A stretch of 64,000 bases of DNA, taken from positions 174,406,001 to 174,470,000 of the forward strand of contig OX597816.1 of assembly GCA_951406725.2 (NCBI GenBank), in the 5' to 3' direction. The position numbers were made by a program, and so were the translations under genes. How positions within the stretch are numbered: the stretch's first letter is position 1; each line of letters begins with the position of its first letter. The DNA is from Octopus vulgaris (Eukaryota). Below, one piece after another: positions 1 through 14,549 of this stretch. The notes beneath the pieces are model-generated. The model ran no database searches. It was given only the letters and a program-made list of their open reading frames with translations, and was not told the origin of the DNA.

Positions 1-1560
1 TACATATATATCGTCCAAAAGTAACAGGAAGGACAAGAAGAAAGACAAAAAACCAAAATACCAAAGGGAAAATGAAGAAGCATAAGGATAGAAACTGTAA
101 GTGCCCTGGTTGTATGAAAATTTTACTTAAATGGCACCTGCTGGCATGGAGAAATGGGAGAGGGCTGCAGCTTTACCCATCCCATATCTCATCAGAACAA
201 CAAGCAGGGTAACCTGAAACAAAACCAGCAGAAACATAGAGGGAAATCATCAAGCATAGATCTGCAGACTAACAGTACACCAACATGAAGAAACGTACCT
301 CAAAAGAGATGGGAAAGAGACCAACTCATGGACTCTGCACCCCTCAAAAGACAATATGCAGAGGCTGTATGAACTCCAGCTATCAAACAACAGTCTTTTT
401 TTAACGTGGTCCTTCTCAGCGGCTGACATGGATGCACAGGATGAAAACTCAAAGCCATGCAATGTACAAGACCACTTCAGGTGACAAGCCCAGGATGGCC
501 ACCACTAACACCTATCCTGATATCATACCCATATTCCTGCTGAACATTGGAGGTCTGCTGCAACTCAGCAACAGAGGTAAAATTCTCTATCTAAAAGAGC
601 TTGCTATATGGAATCAAGCAATATGCATGGCACTCACTGAAATGCATCTAGCTACTAATGTAAGAGATGTGGAAGTGCATATACCAGGGTATGCTGTATT
701 TTGTACAGACAGAAGAGAAAGAAGCCACAGTGGAGTTGCTATGTATATCTGTGAAGATGTCACACCTCTAGTATTACTGTCACACTCAAACTCAATTTGT
801 GACACTTTAATAATATAAAGCAAGTTGATGTAGTTGTATGCACAATATATCGTCCACTGAATACCACAAAATATGATGGCAAATTTAAGGATAGCCTCAA
901 ACACATCGAAGAGATATTATCAAATGTATTAACAAACCTAGATCAGAATATCAACATACTATTCCTGGGTGATTTCAGTCTCCCACATGTTAAAAGGCCA
1001 GAAGGCCACATCCTCTCTGGGATGTCATTGCATGAACAAAAGCATGTAGAGTCATTACTTGAACTTACTAATAAGCTGTTTATGGAGCAAGTGACACTCA
1101 GGCCAACCAGGGGAGACATATTGGAACTATGCTTCACAAATAATGTGGACCTTATCCATAATGTGAAGGTGATACCAACGGCACTCTCAGATCACAACAT
1201 TGTTGAATTAACTATGTATGGCCCTGCGTGAACTATTGGTATCTACCCTATCAGGAGGACTCAAGCTTTATCCAACCTGAATTTCAATAAGTAAAATGGG
1301 AATCAATCTGCAAAGAGATCCACAAACAAAACTGGTCCAACATTCTGTGTATGCAAGACATTGATTTGAAACTCAGCCAGTTTATGTCAACAGTGCAAGC
1401 TATATGCACTAAATATATCCAAGAAAGGCCAGCACACTGACAAACAAGATTACCAAGGATAAAAAATTCTCATGAGGTGCAGGTCAAAGATCTCAAAGCA
1501 GCTGAATAGGCAACTGAAGGATAAAGGAAGAAACAAATTGGAAAACCTCAATACATCTCA
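1..1560 (+). mobile_element. Decayed CR1/L2-group LINE: ORF1 end (CCCH-type finger) plus AP-endonuclease domain of ORF2
   Basis: ~100-183 reads CPGCMKFYLNGTCWHGEMGEGCSFTHP. ORFs 432-818 and 1022-1231 carry APE motifs (LLNIGGL, LTEMHL, GYAVFCTDR, SGVAMYI, PTRGDILELCF, LSDHNIV). Frameshifted. Confidence 0.8.
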
Positions 1561-1774
1561 GAGTGACAAAAAAATGAGCAAAGTACCAAGTGGTTGTGGG
1601 TTGTGCAAGAAACAAAAGCTAAATCTCCCTTAGATTATATGCTTTTTGTCTGAAAATCATTTTGAAATTATGAACAGAAACAAACTGCAGATTCAGAATA
1701 TCTGTTTTAAAACTATCATTTAAAAAATTCAAAAAAAGCCTAAATTCATGGAGGGGTAGTGCTAATGAATAAAA

Positions 1775-2168
1775 TGTTTTTAAGATTTCCCTATTGTTTT
1801 TAAATTACATTTAATTTTCTGTTTGAAAATAAAGGCAGTGGGGATTGTAATGGTGATTATCAGTTTTTTTTAAACCTTAATGGCTTCTGCCACTGTTTTT
1901 TAGTGCATAATGCAAAAAAAATAATAAATCAATAAACATAGGCCAAGATTGGTACTGAGTGGGGAGTAAGGTTTGAAGAAATTCTCTAATTTTCAAAACT
2001 TTTTTCACAAAACACTTCCCTCAATAATTTGTAAGGCTGTGGTAAATAAGAAAAATTGGAAAATTCCTCATCAAAACAGAGAAAATCTAACTTACGTAGG
2101 TGCGCTATTCTGAAAGTCCACCAAGGTATTGTATTGTGAAAATTACTTGGCAATGACGGAATACTTAG
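1775..2168. repeat. Unclassified ~390-bp repeat, diverged direct copy at ~3945-4518
   Basis: Shared blocks such as ttttctgtttgaaaataaagg..gtgg.gattgtaat, tactgagt.ggggag.aaggtttgaa and gcaatgac..aatactt. The second copy is interrupted by a TTAA MITE. Confidence 0.75.
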
Positions 2169-2204
2169 CTAGTGTGTGTTTGTGAGTGTGCGTATATATA
2201 CATA

Positions 2205-3658
2205 TAGGATACAATGGCTAAATTGTTGCCATTTTATATTTTTAATTTTGTTGATTACGCAGTTATAGTAGGGTAAGTCGGGCACCATTTGTGAGAAAAA
2301 TAGCACCATAACGTAATTCACTATGCCAGAAGTTTAGAAACTCCAATATGAACATTTCAGAGTGTTTGGGTGTTAATATGAGGTTAGTACAGAGGATTTG
2401 GAAAGAGTTGGATGAGTTTAAAGGTGATTACAAAGGTACAACAGCTTGGAAAACTCACTCTTGATTGTTCTGATCAGAAAAGAATTCCTGAATTTGTTGG
2501 TGAGATCCAAGCCATTATTGACAAGGATCCCTCCAAGTCAATCAGGGCCATCGCCAGGAACATGAAAATGTCTGAGTTTCTTATCAGGCATGAAGACATT
2601 CAGTATTCCTCATACAAGATGAGAAAGAGACAATTTTTATCCCAAGCCATCAAGGACAAGAGGGAAGACCGTGCTACAAAGCTTTTGAACAAACTCAATC
2701 ATACCTATTTCTTTACTACCCACAAGGGGCTAAACACAGAGGGGACAAACAAGGACAGACAAACGGATTAAGTCGATTACATCGACCCCAGTGCATAACT
2801 GATACTTAATTTATCGACCCCGAAAGGATGAAAGGCAAAGTCGACCTCAGCGGAATTTGAACTCAGAACGTAACAGCAGACGAAATACCGCTCAGCATTT
2901 TGCCCGGCGTGCTAACACTTCTGCCAGCTCCACCACCTCAAACTCAATCATACCCTCTAACCAAACATGCTTTGGTTTCTCTCAGACGAGAAAAATTTCT
3001 GCTAAGATCAGACGGTGAACACACAGAACAACTGTTGGCTTGCTGTGTCCCCCAAACATGTACCGAGAGTGATAAAAATCAAACATCCAGTTAACATCAT
3101 GGTGTTTGGAGTGATCACTAGTGATGGTGACATTATGCCTACATTCATCTTCCCACACAGCCTCAGATTTAACACAGAGGTTTACATCAAGTGCCTGGAA
3201 GAGGTAGTGCTACCCTGGGTCAAAAGGGTGGCAGCTGGAACAGGACTCTGCACCATACCACACAAGCAGGAGAACCCAGTGATGGCTGTCAGACAATTTC
3301 TGTGATCATATCACCCCTAACATCTGGCCACATAATTCCCCAGACTGCAACCCCCTTGATTATTACGTGTGCGGTGCAGTTGAGCAACAGACCAACAAAA
3401 CTCCTTGTAACACCAAAAATGAACTGAAGGCAAGGATTATGGCAGCATTCACCAACTTAAACAAGGAGACAGTCCAGAAGAATTGCAGGAGATTCTGAAG
3501 TTGTCTGGAGGCTGTGGTTGAAGCCAATGGCGATTTTATTGAATAAATATACTCTTTAGTATTTCAAGATATTTTGATGGTAAATATATCTGTTAAAATG
3601 AGATGTCAATGTTATTGTCATTTTTGCGTAATTTAGACAATTTATTCACCACATCCTG
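2205..3658 (+). mobile_element. Tc1/mariner-superfamily (maT/DD37D-like) transposon, decayed
   Basis: KSIRAIAR HTH, KHPVNIMVFGVITSDG and WPHNSPDCNPLDYY motifs. TIR-like ends next to TA. Second copy at 47977-49286. Confidence 0.85.
2703..2937 (-). mobile_element. tRNA-derived SINE family B (Meta-domain-like core), nested in the transposon
   Basis: Reverse complement of ggcggcgagctggcagaa...gagttcaaattcc...gcctttcatcctttcggggtcgataaa. Multiple copies in the window. Confidence 0.9.
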
Positions 3659-3975
3659 TATATTTGTGTGTGTGTGTGTGTGTGTACATATACATACACA
3701 CACATATATATGCGTGTATATAAATAGATAAATATATATATATGCAACAACATATGTAAACAAACTTTTTTTGTTTTCAGAAGCATCAAATGTGTATCAT
3801 ATTATACAGACAAGAAAGTTATATTTTGAATGCAGTACAGCCATGTAAACAGCAGAAAGATTAGGTATTATTACCCTTATGAAACAGAAAAAAGTTGTAA
3901 GCACAACTTTTTCCATCTTATTTAGGGGGAGGATTAATGACAAAAATTAAAAAGAGATTTCACTTTTGTTTTTAA

Positions 3976-4195
3976 CTCTTTCATTACTGTATTTATTCTA
4001 AAATGTTCTCTGTTTCTTTCTATTACTTTAAATATAAAAAAGAATTTAGTAAAGTATCTTAGTTATCATTCAGCTAGTGTTAGGAATATAAATTGTGACT
4101 AAGGTTTGGTGGAAGATTTTAATTCAGAACTTTTTAAAACAAGACATTTGTACTCGGAGCCAGAGCCAGTTTCGGCCGGGTTGGTGACAAAAGGG
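3976..4195. mobile_element. piggyBac-like MITE
   Basis: TTAA flanks at 3972-3975 and 4196-4199. Ends CTCTTT/AAAGGG. Inverted copy at 36583-36802. Confidence 0.85.
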
Positions 4196-5725
4196 TTAAA
4201 TTACATTTCATTTTCTGTTTGAAAATAAAGGGAGTGGAGATTGTAATAGTGATTGTCAATTTCCAAAAATTTCTTTTATTTTATTTTTAGGTGCATGATG
4301 TAAAAAAAAAAATTGGCCAAAATTAGTACTGAGTAGGGGAGAAAGGTTTGAAAGAATTCATAACTTTTCAAAACTTTTTTTTCATAAAATGCTTCCTCTC
4401 ATCATTTGCAAGGATGTAGTGAAAAACAATTTGAAAAATCCCCATCAAAAAAGAAAAAAAATGCAACTTATGCCAAGGCATTCTATTGTGAAAACTGCCC
4501 AGCAATGACAAGATACTTGCAAACAACAAGAAATACGTAACAAGAAAAATGGAAAACAGGACAAGTAAAGACAGAGAAAAGACCCTTTATTTGTTGTTGG
4601 CTGTCTATCTACTCCTCATTTCAAACATTCTATAACAATATGAGTCTTCAAAGACAGTTGCTCCCATAAATTCTATGGAAGGTCAAAGTTAAGAACAAAA
4701 AAAATGGCAGTGGAGACATACAAGGAAACCAAATGGAAACAAATATGGAGAGTCATTAGACCAGAATGAGGGGAAAATAGTGAACGCTGGGAGAAACATT
4801 AAAAACATGTCCGCTCTTCTAAACGTCCAAGCAGGAAAGAAAGATGGACAATGTCATGTGTGAGCAATGAGAGAGAAAGAAAGAAAGAGGGGAGAGAGAG
4901 AGAGTGAGACAGATAGAAAAGGTTGAAGTAGAGAGGGGCAGAAAAGGGAGTTATAGAAAGATGGAGGAAGAAAACAATATAGAGTAGTGTCGCATCAAAA
5001 AGGTGAAGATAAACTTACTTGGAAATGGATGCGTCGTGTTCAATTAAATAATAAATATCATATATACACACACACACACACATATTTTACGGGACGTCAC
5101 CAATGGTGCAAAACATGAATGATAATATTTTCAACAAAGACATTACAACTGTATCTGATAGTTCACATACTGTGCGTGTATATATTTATTCTATTGCTGA
5201 TATAATATTGTCATATAATACAACATGGAATCAGTACTTCTAATATTATCACTCTAAAAAATGTGATAATGTTGAAAATTGCTATAATTCTTATAAATCC
5301 CTAGTTAATAGTTGATGAAGAGAATATCCTATAGAATATATCTTTGTTTTATCAGATGGGATTGTAAATAGCTGTCAGTCAACAGGAAACCCAAAAACTG
5401 ATATGCAACACACTGAGATATCTCTTTACTCCTTTAATCTGGGATATCATTTGTCTTGCACATTCATGTTGATGTTGTCTGCTCTCAGGGCCAGATAGTG
5501 TGAGATCAATTTAAGTCAGGAACACAAACCATTCAACATTTTATTGAGGGATATAATAGCGGCCAAGAGCATATATTTTGGGTGTACTAAATGAATGCTA
5601 CATCCACCAGTGGTAAATTTTCTATTTAATAATTCTATTCTTGCAATATTCTGATATAATCTGATAATTTATTTTCAAATCTAATGGTACACACTCAGAA
5701 ACAAAGATTAAATCTTGATGAAGTC

Positions 5726-6190
5726 ATTCATCATCATCATCATTTAGCGTCCGCTTTCTATGCTAGCATGGATTGGACGGTTCAACTGGGGTCTGTGAAG
5801 CCAGAAGGCTGCATCAGGCCCAGTCTGATCTGGCAGTGTTTCTATGGCTGGATGCCCTTCCTAACGCCAACCACTCCGTGAGTGTAGTGGGTGCTTTTTA
5901 CGTGCCATCCGCACAGGTGCCAGACGGAGCTGGCAAACGGCCACGAACGGATGGTGCTTTTACGTGCCACTGGCACGGGGGCCAGGCAAGGCTGGCAACG
6001 GCCACGAATGGATGGTGCTACGTGCCACCGGCACGGGGGCCAGGCGAGGCTGGCAACGGACATGAACGGATGGTGCCTTTATGTGCCACCGGCACGGAGG
6101 CCAGTCGGGGTGGCACTGGCAACGGCCACGATCGGATGGTTTGCTTAACCACAACTGCAATTTCCATTGATGTTGATCGACTTCGATTTT
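5726..6190 (-). mobile_element. 5'-truncated RTE LINE 3' UTR with (ATG)n tail and four ~60-bp internal tandem units
   Basis: Same sequence family as the 3' end of the RTE at 29762-30100. Confidence 0.9.
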
Positions 6191-7230
6191 GTTATGTATA
6201 CAAATAATCAAAAGTTTGATTTTGAATACGCCAGAGACTCAGCATAGTAGCATACCACATGACAAAAACCACCACTGTACACCACTGATGGAAGAGAGGA
6301 TGAAAATTATAAGACTATATCAAATAAAACTATAAACTGTCAGTTAGTGTTATTATATTTTTCAGTCTTTTGCCAGTGCAATACTAAACACTTGTAGCCA
6401 GAATGTAATGTTACTACTACTACTGCAGCTGTTATGATCAACAAGCTTATTCTACATTAAAACAGAAAAAGTAGAACAAATTAGGTGAAGAACAGCAATT
6501 AAAATATTTTTCACCTCTCATTAATGTAGCAAGTAAACACTCATTAACTTATTGACAAATAACTCAATACTCATTTATATAAACTAAATAAAGACTTATT
6601 TAGCCAAAGATCCTTCACTATCATACAACTTTGCTTGTCAACTTTCTTCATTACTTGGGTGAGAGGAGAAAAAAATTGTTGTTTAGCCCCAGGGAAGCCC
6701 TGCTTGAGCAGACCTTTGAGCAGCATAAACCATTCCTCTCTTTTTTTTTTGTCTGACATAGGATATCTAGAACTACATGATACAGTGCCTTGTTCAAGAT
6801 AGTAAGGAGATTTAGCTGCTAATTCTAGCAGGTTGAAATAATTTCGTAGTGGCTTCTTGAAATCCTTAAACATAAGTTTTAGTTTCTTGATACAAAATCT
6901 TCATAAATAAATGTAATAACTAGATTTTAAACAAGCTAATGAGAGTGCTTCTACATGATCCCTTAACCTGCTAGAAATATTAATCAAATCTCACTCAAAT
7001 TACACCTTACCATGTCAAATAAAGAAATAAATAGGAAGAACAAACTGAATAATGTAATCCTACAATGTTTGAAAAAAATAGATAGGATAGTCATAACAAA
7101 AACGTTCTGAACATAGGACTAATGCAGAGCTGAACAAAAGTGACCTTTCAATAAATTTTACTCAATGACATAATTCCCATTATTATTAATGACCATGTCT
7201 GGCACCTGTGTCGGTGGCACATAAATAATA

Positions 7231-8200
7231 ATGGTTTGCAAAATTCAGAAGTGGAGATTTCAGCCTTGAAGATGAAGATCAAACAGGACATCCAGTTGAG
7301 TTTGATGATAAGCTCCTTGAGGCATTACTTGAAGAAAATCCTGCATTATCAGTTGAAGAATTGGCAATAAAGCTTAGTTCAAACCATACAACTGTTCATC
7401 ATCATCTTCAACAACTTGGAAAAGTTCCTAAACTTGGAAAATGGGTGCCTCATGAATTGTCCGAAAGCAACCGCAAATCCCGAGTTGATATCTGCTCTTC
7501 TCTCCATTCTCGCGAACTCATTTCGCCCTTTTTGGATAGACTTGTGACTGGAAATGAAAAATGAATCTTCTATCAAAATGTTAAACATCGTAAACAGTGG
7601 CTTGGTAAAAGGGAAAAAGCTCAACCACAACCGAGAAGGAAACTTCGTGGGAAAAAGGTTCTTTTCTCTATCTGGTGGGATTGCAAAAGAGTAATTCACT
7701 TTGAATTGTTACCACCTAATGCAACAATCAATGCTCAAGTCTACTGTCAGCAATTAGAGCGTTTGAACCAAGCTTTGAAGAAAAAATGACCTGCTTTAGT
7801 GAATAAAAAAGGAGTGATGTTTCATCAGGACAATGTGCAACCCCACACTGCAAAGATCACATCACAGAAGATCGAAAAGCTTGGTTGGGAAAAAAATTCT
7901 TTATATACCTTATTCTCCCGACCTTGCTCCTTCAGACTACCATTTGTTTTGTAGTTTACAGAATCATTTGGGGGACATAACTTTCACAAGCCAGAAGGTT
8001 GAAACTGACATTTCAGAGTTATTCACTTTGAAACCAAGAGAGTTTAACATTGATGGGATTAAAAAGTTTGTGAATAGACGGAAGGAAGTCATAGATAATC
8101 AGGGAAAGTACATTGATGATTAAATTTCAATTAAATATAACATTTGATCATTTGTTTTCTTTATTCAAAATTCGGACAGAACTTATGGGATGACCTGATA
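7231..8200 (+). mobile_element. 5'-truncated mariner (DD34D) transposase pseudogene with 3' TIR
   Basis: WFAKFRSG, WVPHELS, LVTGNEK and YSPDLAPSDYHLF motifs. Stops and frameshifts. Ends gggatgacctgata followed by TA. Confidence 0.92.
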
Positions 8201-9147
8201 TATTAACTGAGATAGCAAACTCTTATATGGTTTACTGAGAATTGTGGTTAGTGAAGTAGTATAAAACTGCTAAGATAAGTTTGGAACATTTGCTTGAGAT
8301 ATTTTTCTTGCAGCAGAACTTCATTCACCAGCCTCTAAGCAAAGAATTATGCCATTCCTATATTCTGCATACTTTACCATTACTACAACAATCTCTACTC
8401 CTCAGAGCTAGCTAGTTGCATGCTTCCCTCATGAAAGCTCTATCAGTGTATCTATCTCCTTCCTGTGCTCCATGTTAACCACTTTCCTAGTACTTCCTCT
8501 CCTGAACAGAAACCCTCTGAAATTACCTTTCCATTCAGTTTTTACCCCATGGACACCAATATAAAGTGGTTTAAACTGAACATTAATCATATTGATTTTG
8601 CCAGTATCTGGTAATAACCCTTCCTTTAAATCAAAACCATTAAAAACATTTTTTAATTATCCTTAGGTCTCAGTAACAAGAGTAGATTACCTAAATATTT
8701 CCTTATTAGCTTCCCCTTAAAACATACATTAAGACTTAAAATTTTTACTATAATACATACATGTCTGCATACAATAATGGGGGTTATACTTATCTAGAGA
8801 GGAAACCATATATTTATTGAAATTGATACAGGTTTCATGTAGAATGGCTAAAATTATTTAAATACTTATTCCTACACCAGAAAGTTGTGAAGCAAGAACA
8901 GCAGCTTGCCACACTAAATCATTTACACTGTTTACTTTTGTTAGTCTACCTACAGGTTCAAATACTGCCAAAGTCTTCCATCTCTTTGAAGCCAGTAAAA
9001 TAAAATCCCAAGCATGTATTGAAATTTCACTCTCTTTCTGCCTTACAAATATTTTACCTTGTTTTTCTTATAAGAAATCAATATAAATTCAAACACATTT
9101 ACTAACTGTGCATTTACAGAGTAGTGGAGTTTTTGTAAGAAAACAGT

Positions 9148-9383
9148 TATCTATTTCTTTACTACCCACAAGGGGCTAAACACAGAGAGGACAAACAAGG
9201 ACAGACAAACGGATTAAGTCGATTATATCGACCCCAGTTCGTAACTGGTACTTATTTAATCGACCCCGAAAGGATGAAAGGTAAAGTCGACCTCAGCGGA
9301 ATTTGAACTCAGAGCGTAGCGACAGACGAAATACCACTAAGCATTTCGCCCGGCGTGCTAACGTTTCTGCCAGCTCGCCACCT
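9148..9383 (-). mobile_element. SINE family B copy
   Basis: Close match to 2703-2937. Confidence 0.9.
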
Positions 9384-9888
9384 TAAAATAGTTATCTGCA
9401 AACTTAAGTAGACAGACGAGCATAAAAAAATAGACTGATTTAATTTGACTGTCAAAATATTAGAAATTGTATTAAGTGGTTCCCATGACATTAAAAAAAG
9501 TTTTGTAAAATATGATGCAATTTATATAAAAAGGACAATAAATAAAAAAAGAGAAGTAAAAATAGCATGACTTGCACATAAACATGAAAGCTTTTTTGCA
9601 TAAGGACCATCACTTCTACCTCTTAAATCTAACAGGCAGACAGTGGGACACCTACAACCATATTCTTACTCTTTTCTTCTTTCTCTGCCTGCTTGACATT
9701 TCTTTGTAAATCTTGAAAACCTACTTTTGCAGCTTAATAATCTCTCTGTCGCTCTTCAACTTAGTAATTACAACAGCTGACATACAGCTAATGCACAAAA
9801 TGAGTTCATTGACACTATCTTTTACTCACTAGAAACTCTTTAAAGCTAAATTCTTTTGCAAACTATCAAGATTCCCTGAGCTGGTACT

Positions 9889-10185
9889 TCATCATCATCA
9901 TCATCATTTAACGTCCGCTTTCCATGCTAGCATGGGTTGGACGGTTCAACTGGGGTCTGGGCAGTGTTTCTACAGCTGGATGCCCTTCCTAACGCCAACC
10001 ACTCCGAGAGTGTAGTGGGTGATTTTATGTGTCACCGACACAGGTGCCAGTCGAGGCTGGCGAACGGCCACGATCGGATGGTGTTTTTTATGTGCCACCG
10101 ACACAGGTGCCAGACGAGGCTGGCGAACGGCCACGCTCAGATGGTGTTTTTTATGTGCCACCGACACAGGTGCCAGACGAGGCTT
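9889..10185 (-). mobile_element. RTE LINE 3' UTR fragment
   Basis: (cat)n tail followed by ttaacgtccgctttccatgctagcatgggttggacgg and tandem units. Confidence 0.9.
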
Positions 10186-11630
10186 ACTTATTTTTGGATA
10201 TTGTAAACTTTAGGTTGTCGAAAGACTATTCCATTAGACCTGGTCACCTTTCACTCTGAATTGAATACCAGTCTATAACATATAACTTTTCCAAGATAGG
10301 GCATAAGAATTGAAGACAGTAAAGCACTGGTCAGTTTTACAAAGCTACCATCACTCAGTGTTAAACTTACACCACTTTGTGAACTGTCATAAAATGTTAT
10401 ATCAACTGGGTTGCTGAGAACTAAATGGACACTGAACTGCCAGTGAGAGTCATAGACACTGAAATGTCTGTGACAGAATATAATCTGCAAATTCTCATAG
10501 ATCTAACATTGACGTAACTATCTGCATCTCACAAACTTTATGCCAATGCTCGTATATGGAAATGATTAAAGCAAAAGTACTGTATTTGAATAGAAATAAG
10601 GTAATAAAATAGTTAAAAGCAGCTTAGAATTGATAAATGTTGTCATATATGTTGTTCTCTACTCTGGTTTCAGTTATACTGTTTTGAAAATTATAACAGC
10701 ATGACTCATAGCCTATGGTATTTGATAAGAGATGGGTGTTTTTTAAATAAATATAACTGTCTGTCTGCAGCTGTGATATAATCTACACAACAGCAATATA
10801 TCAGACATCTGTGCCATTTATATGGAGGATTTTTTTTACATAACTTCTTCACATATTAACAAAGGACTTCATAGCGAAAAACAAATTAGCTCAATCATTT
10901 TTGGAATAAGAATTTGCAGAACATAAACAAACACAATAGAAAATTATCCTTAATTAATCATGAATGGATTAATTGATGATCTGATCAAACCACAAGGGTT
11001 TTTAAGTACTCAGCATTAAAAAGAGAAGAGATAAATCTACATAGAGCTCAGATTATATCTTGTACACAGTTAATTTCCTAAAGTTCAAACTAAACATTAA
11101 ATGAGTTTATTCTAGAAAGGTTCAAAGAATAAATTACTCTTAGATGCAATCAACAAGAAAAAACAGTTAATACATGTAATGTTGAGAGCATTTAAAAGCT
11201 AACTAGAAAAAATTATCCAATGTGTGTGTGTATGTGGGTGGGTGGGGGGAATACCACTCATTGATATTATTTTATTACAGAAAGCATAGCAGACAATTCC
11301 TAGCAGCTTTATGTATTGTTAATCATCCTCTGTAATACAAATTTTTACTGATTCTCTTGCCACCATTTTGACAAATAAATTAAATCTATACTTTACTGAG
11401 GAAACTTAATAAGACCAACCCAAGTCATCTATTACTTATCAAAAGAATCTAAATATCAGACAATTATTGAATTTTTTTTTGGGGGGGGGGGTTACCAAAC
11501 TACATGTTTTTAGAGAAAGTTTTTTGATATTCCCTTCATTAAATATTTATTTTACCTATAGTGCTAATTTACCCTTATCACCAGTTAATACGATGGGACT
11601 GGTAACTGAGAAAGAAACCATTACTTTAAC

Positions 11631-11832
11631 CCTTAAGCACTTAAACTGCCCATTTCCAGACAAAGTATTATACCTGTTTTATGTTCAAATTGGCCATACC
11701 TGGCCTCTCATACCAACTCTACAATGCCATTCTAAAAATAAAGTTACCTTATCAAAATCTCAAAGCTACAAGATAATGCATGATAAATTCAAAACAATGT
11801 GAATAAATAAACATTACCTTTGACAAAAGGTT
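11631..11832. mobile_element. Degraded piggyBac-like MITE, same family as 18658-18878
   Basis: Starts ttaaccc. Shares tgttttatg.tcaaa.tggcca and atcaaaatctc blocks with the other copy. Confidence 0.65.
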
Positions 11833-13378
11833 ACAAAAATAGGTGTAGCAGAACTGACAGATTTTTATCAACTTCTGATTGTCTATACTATGTAATTTCC
11901 ATTAGCATTGGCATGCAGATTTCTACTAATAAATAAACCAACAAATGGAACTTCTATTCAGCTGCTAGAAATAGCAAACAAATCTTCCTCAAATCACACT
12001 ACCAATTTAAAAAAAGATATATTGCGCTCATTTCGTGCCTGAAAAAATTGGCTTATGTTCACAGCAGAAATGCTTTGATCATACAGTATTAACCCAAAAC
12101 TAAAAAAATAATAGCTACACACAAATTTATATCTATCAGTAAATAAACAACATAGGAATTCTCAATATGTGTATACATGTTACAGAACATCTATTTAAAG
12201 CTACTCAGCAGTAGCTTTAAAAGGATACTCTGTACAGCACCTTATTCCATCACTATGGAACACAGCACTATGTATCAAAATTTGTTCACAATATTCATGA
12301 TAGGGGAAATAAAGTGAATATGTGGTTGATAAACAATTCAAAGAAATGTGATTTGTGCAACAAAGTAAATCTTCAAATAAGCCATCAACACATCATAGCC
12401 TGTCAATATAACACCAAATTTCTAGTAAAAAATCTTTAAAAGAAAACTATCATACATGCTACATGAACTGCCAGTCTTACATCATAACCTTGCTTCCTCC
12501 TAAGGTTAATAAAATCAGAACTAGGGCTATACCAGGGATAATAGCTGGTAGACTTAAATTTAATCTATCACCCAGTTTAAATCTAATCTATCACCTGACC
12601 TTTGGGTTCCTTCTGTGAACTCAACACTGTTGCAAGTATTCAGGTTAAATTCCTCCCTTCCTCTCATCAATCTCAAAAGTCTTGAAAAAGGTCATGAGTA
12701 GTGTCTTTCTTCCATTGGCTAAGTCATAATAGAAAAAAACCCTGTTTTCCTCTCTAACAAACATGGAGCATTTTTCTAATGTAAGGACTCAATAATAATG
12801 AGCGTAAACAATATTGAGGTTAAATTAATCAATTATAGTCTCTTATAAGAAGAATTAAAATATAAAACCTGTTGTGTACTACCTATAAATATCTAAGGTT
12901 TTCATAGAAATACTAAAGAATATAGAACAAGAAATGTACCAAGAAATGTACTAGATACAGCACACACACACACACACACACACATCAAAAGCACATGAAA
13001 TACATCTACATACAAATGTTGGGTGAGAATGGTATCTCTTTGTTTTCCTTTGCTCCTGAAATCAGTTTAGGGGGGAAAATGCAGTAGCTATTACCTCCTT
13101 CAGGCCCTTTTCTAGCTGAGGTGATTCAAAAAGTGAATAAGATTGGTACAATTAACAAGAAAAAAAATAGAGTACTGTGGGAATTGTAAAATATTGTGTC
13201 TATTTTGCTTATTGAATTTAATGCGTTTAATGCAAAGCAAATGAAGTCACAAAACCAGTTAAACAAGTCTGACAATAAAGGTGAAGGAAGTTATGAAAGT
13301 ACAGAACTATCTGAATGTATTATACTTGAATGAATAAATATATGAGCATGTACATGTGTGGGAGTATATTTATCTATG

Positions 13379-13863
13379 CATATACATGTTAATAAGTAAA
13401 TATCAAAATAATCACATGAAGTTACAACTGCAAAGTACATACATACAAATACACCAACTAGTCTATGTGGCATGCATTCTCATTCAGAAAAAAAACAGAT
13501 ACACAAAATTATAATATATAATAATACACTCACAGATACACCAGTTTTTATGGTCCTATTCACAAAAAACTTAATATGTAAAAAATACAGACATTGAGAA
13601 AGAATTACCAACAAAGCAATAAGTATAATATATGGTCTGAGAAAATTGATGTTTGCTAACTCCAGAAATCAGGCAAGTCCCTGTTCAGCAGGTTAACACA
13701 GAAGGTTGATAAGGAAAACCTGCAGGTAACATTGATGAAAGGACAATGTAATAAACTCAGCTATTTAGTTGGGTATGACACAAACGAGTAAATCTCTAGT
13801 TTACACTTGAACTAAGTCTTTCTCTCTGATCAATCATCACTACATCGATCACATGAAGAAAGT
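13379..13863 (+). repeat. ~485-bp near-perfect direct duplication (second copy 15088-15573)
   Basis: By eye the only difference is the length of one poly-A run (8 vs 9 A). Confidence 0.95.
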
Positions 13864-14549
13864 TTTTTAGTACTCTGCTGTGCTATCTCCACTAGTTAAG
13901 ATCTCTATCACTAGCACAGCTCAATAAACTTTAAAAAAAAAAAATTTAAAAAAAAGATCTGTAGTTTATTATTGTAAGTAGTAGGAACAGTGTATTGTTG
14001 AATGATTTATCAAATTGCAGTGTCATGCCCAAACCTCTCCGTAGGAAAGAACCTGAGATGTTGCAAAGAGATGCACTAGAAATAGCAGCTCTCTCTTAAA
14101 CCACACCCTATCATCTTTAAACAAAAGTTATATTAGACAATGAAGTTTATATTAGACATAAAGTTAGGGTGGTCTCAATTGGAACATCTATGATCATAGT
14201 TCTGTTTGATCAAGTTGATTTGACAGGGTTAGACAACAACAACCATACTTAACTTTCTTTCACCCAACCATTAAGACATGTCACTCTCATTAGACATCTT
14301 TCACAGACAAAACAAATACTTTACAAATAAATCAACAATAGAGCTTCTATGCAGCAATTCAGTCTAATAGAAATAACAGCAAAATCTCCATTAAATTACA
14401 ACACTACAATCTTGAAAAAGAAGACACTATGGTAATGAAGTTTTTGTTTTTCAAAGCATACTCAAAGATCAAAGTGCAGTACCAATGACTTTTAAGCAGG
14501 ACCTTCAGTATTGTGAGGAGGAAAGGAAGAAGAAACCACAACATATGTT

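Noticed and set aside
5891-6148. Regularly spaced palindromic repeats resembling a CRISPR array
   Set aside because: The 'spacers' are homologous to each other, the array is part of an RTE 3' UTR, the context is eukaryotic, and there are no cas genes.
7231-8123. SETMAR-like gene
   Set aside because: Only the mariner part is present, disrupted, with no SET domain.
10251-10490. 79-aa minus-strand ORF with an internal donor-like site
   Set aside because: Non-ATG start and no recognisable motif, so it cannot be supported.
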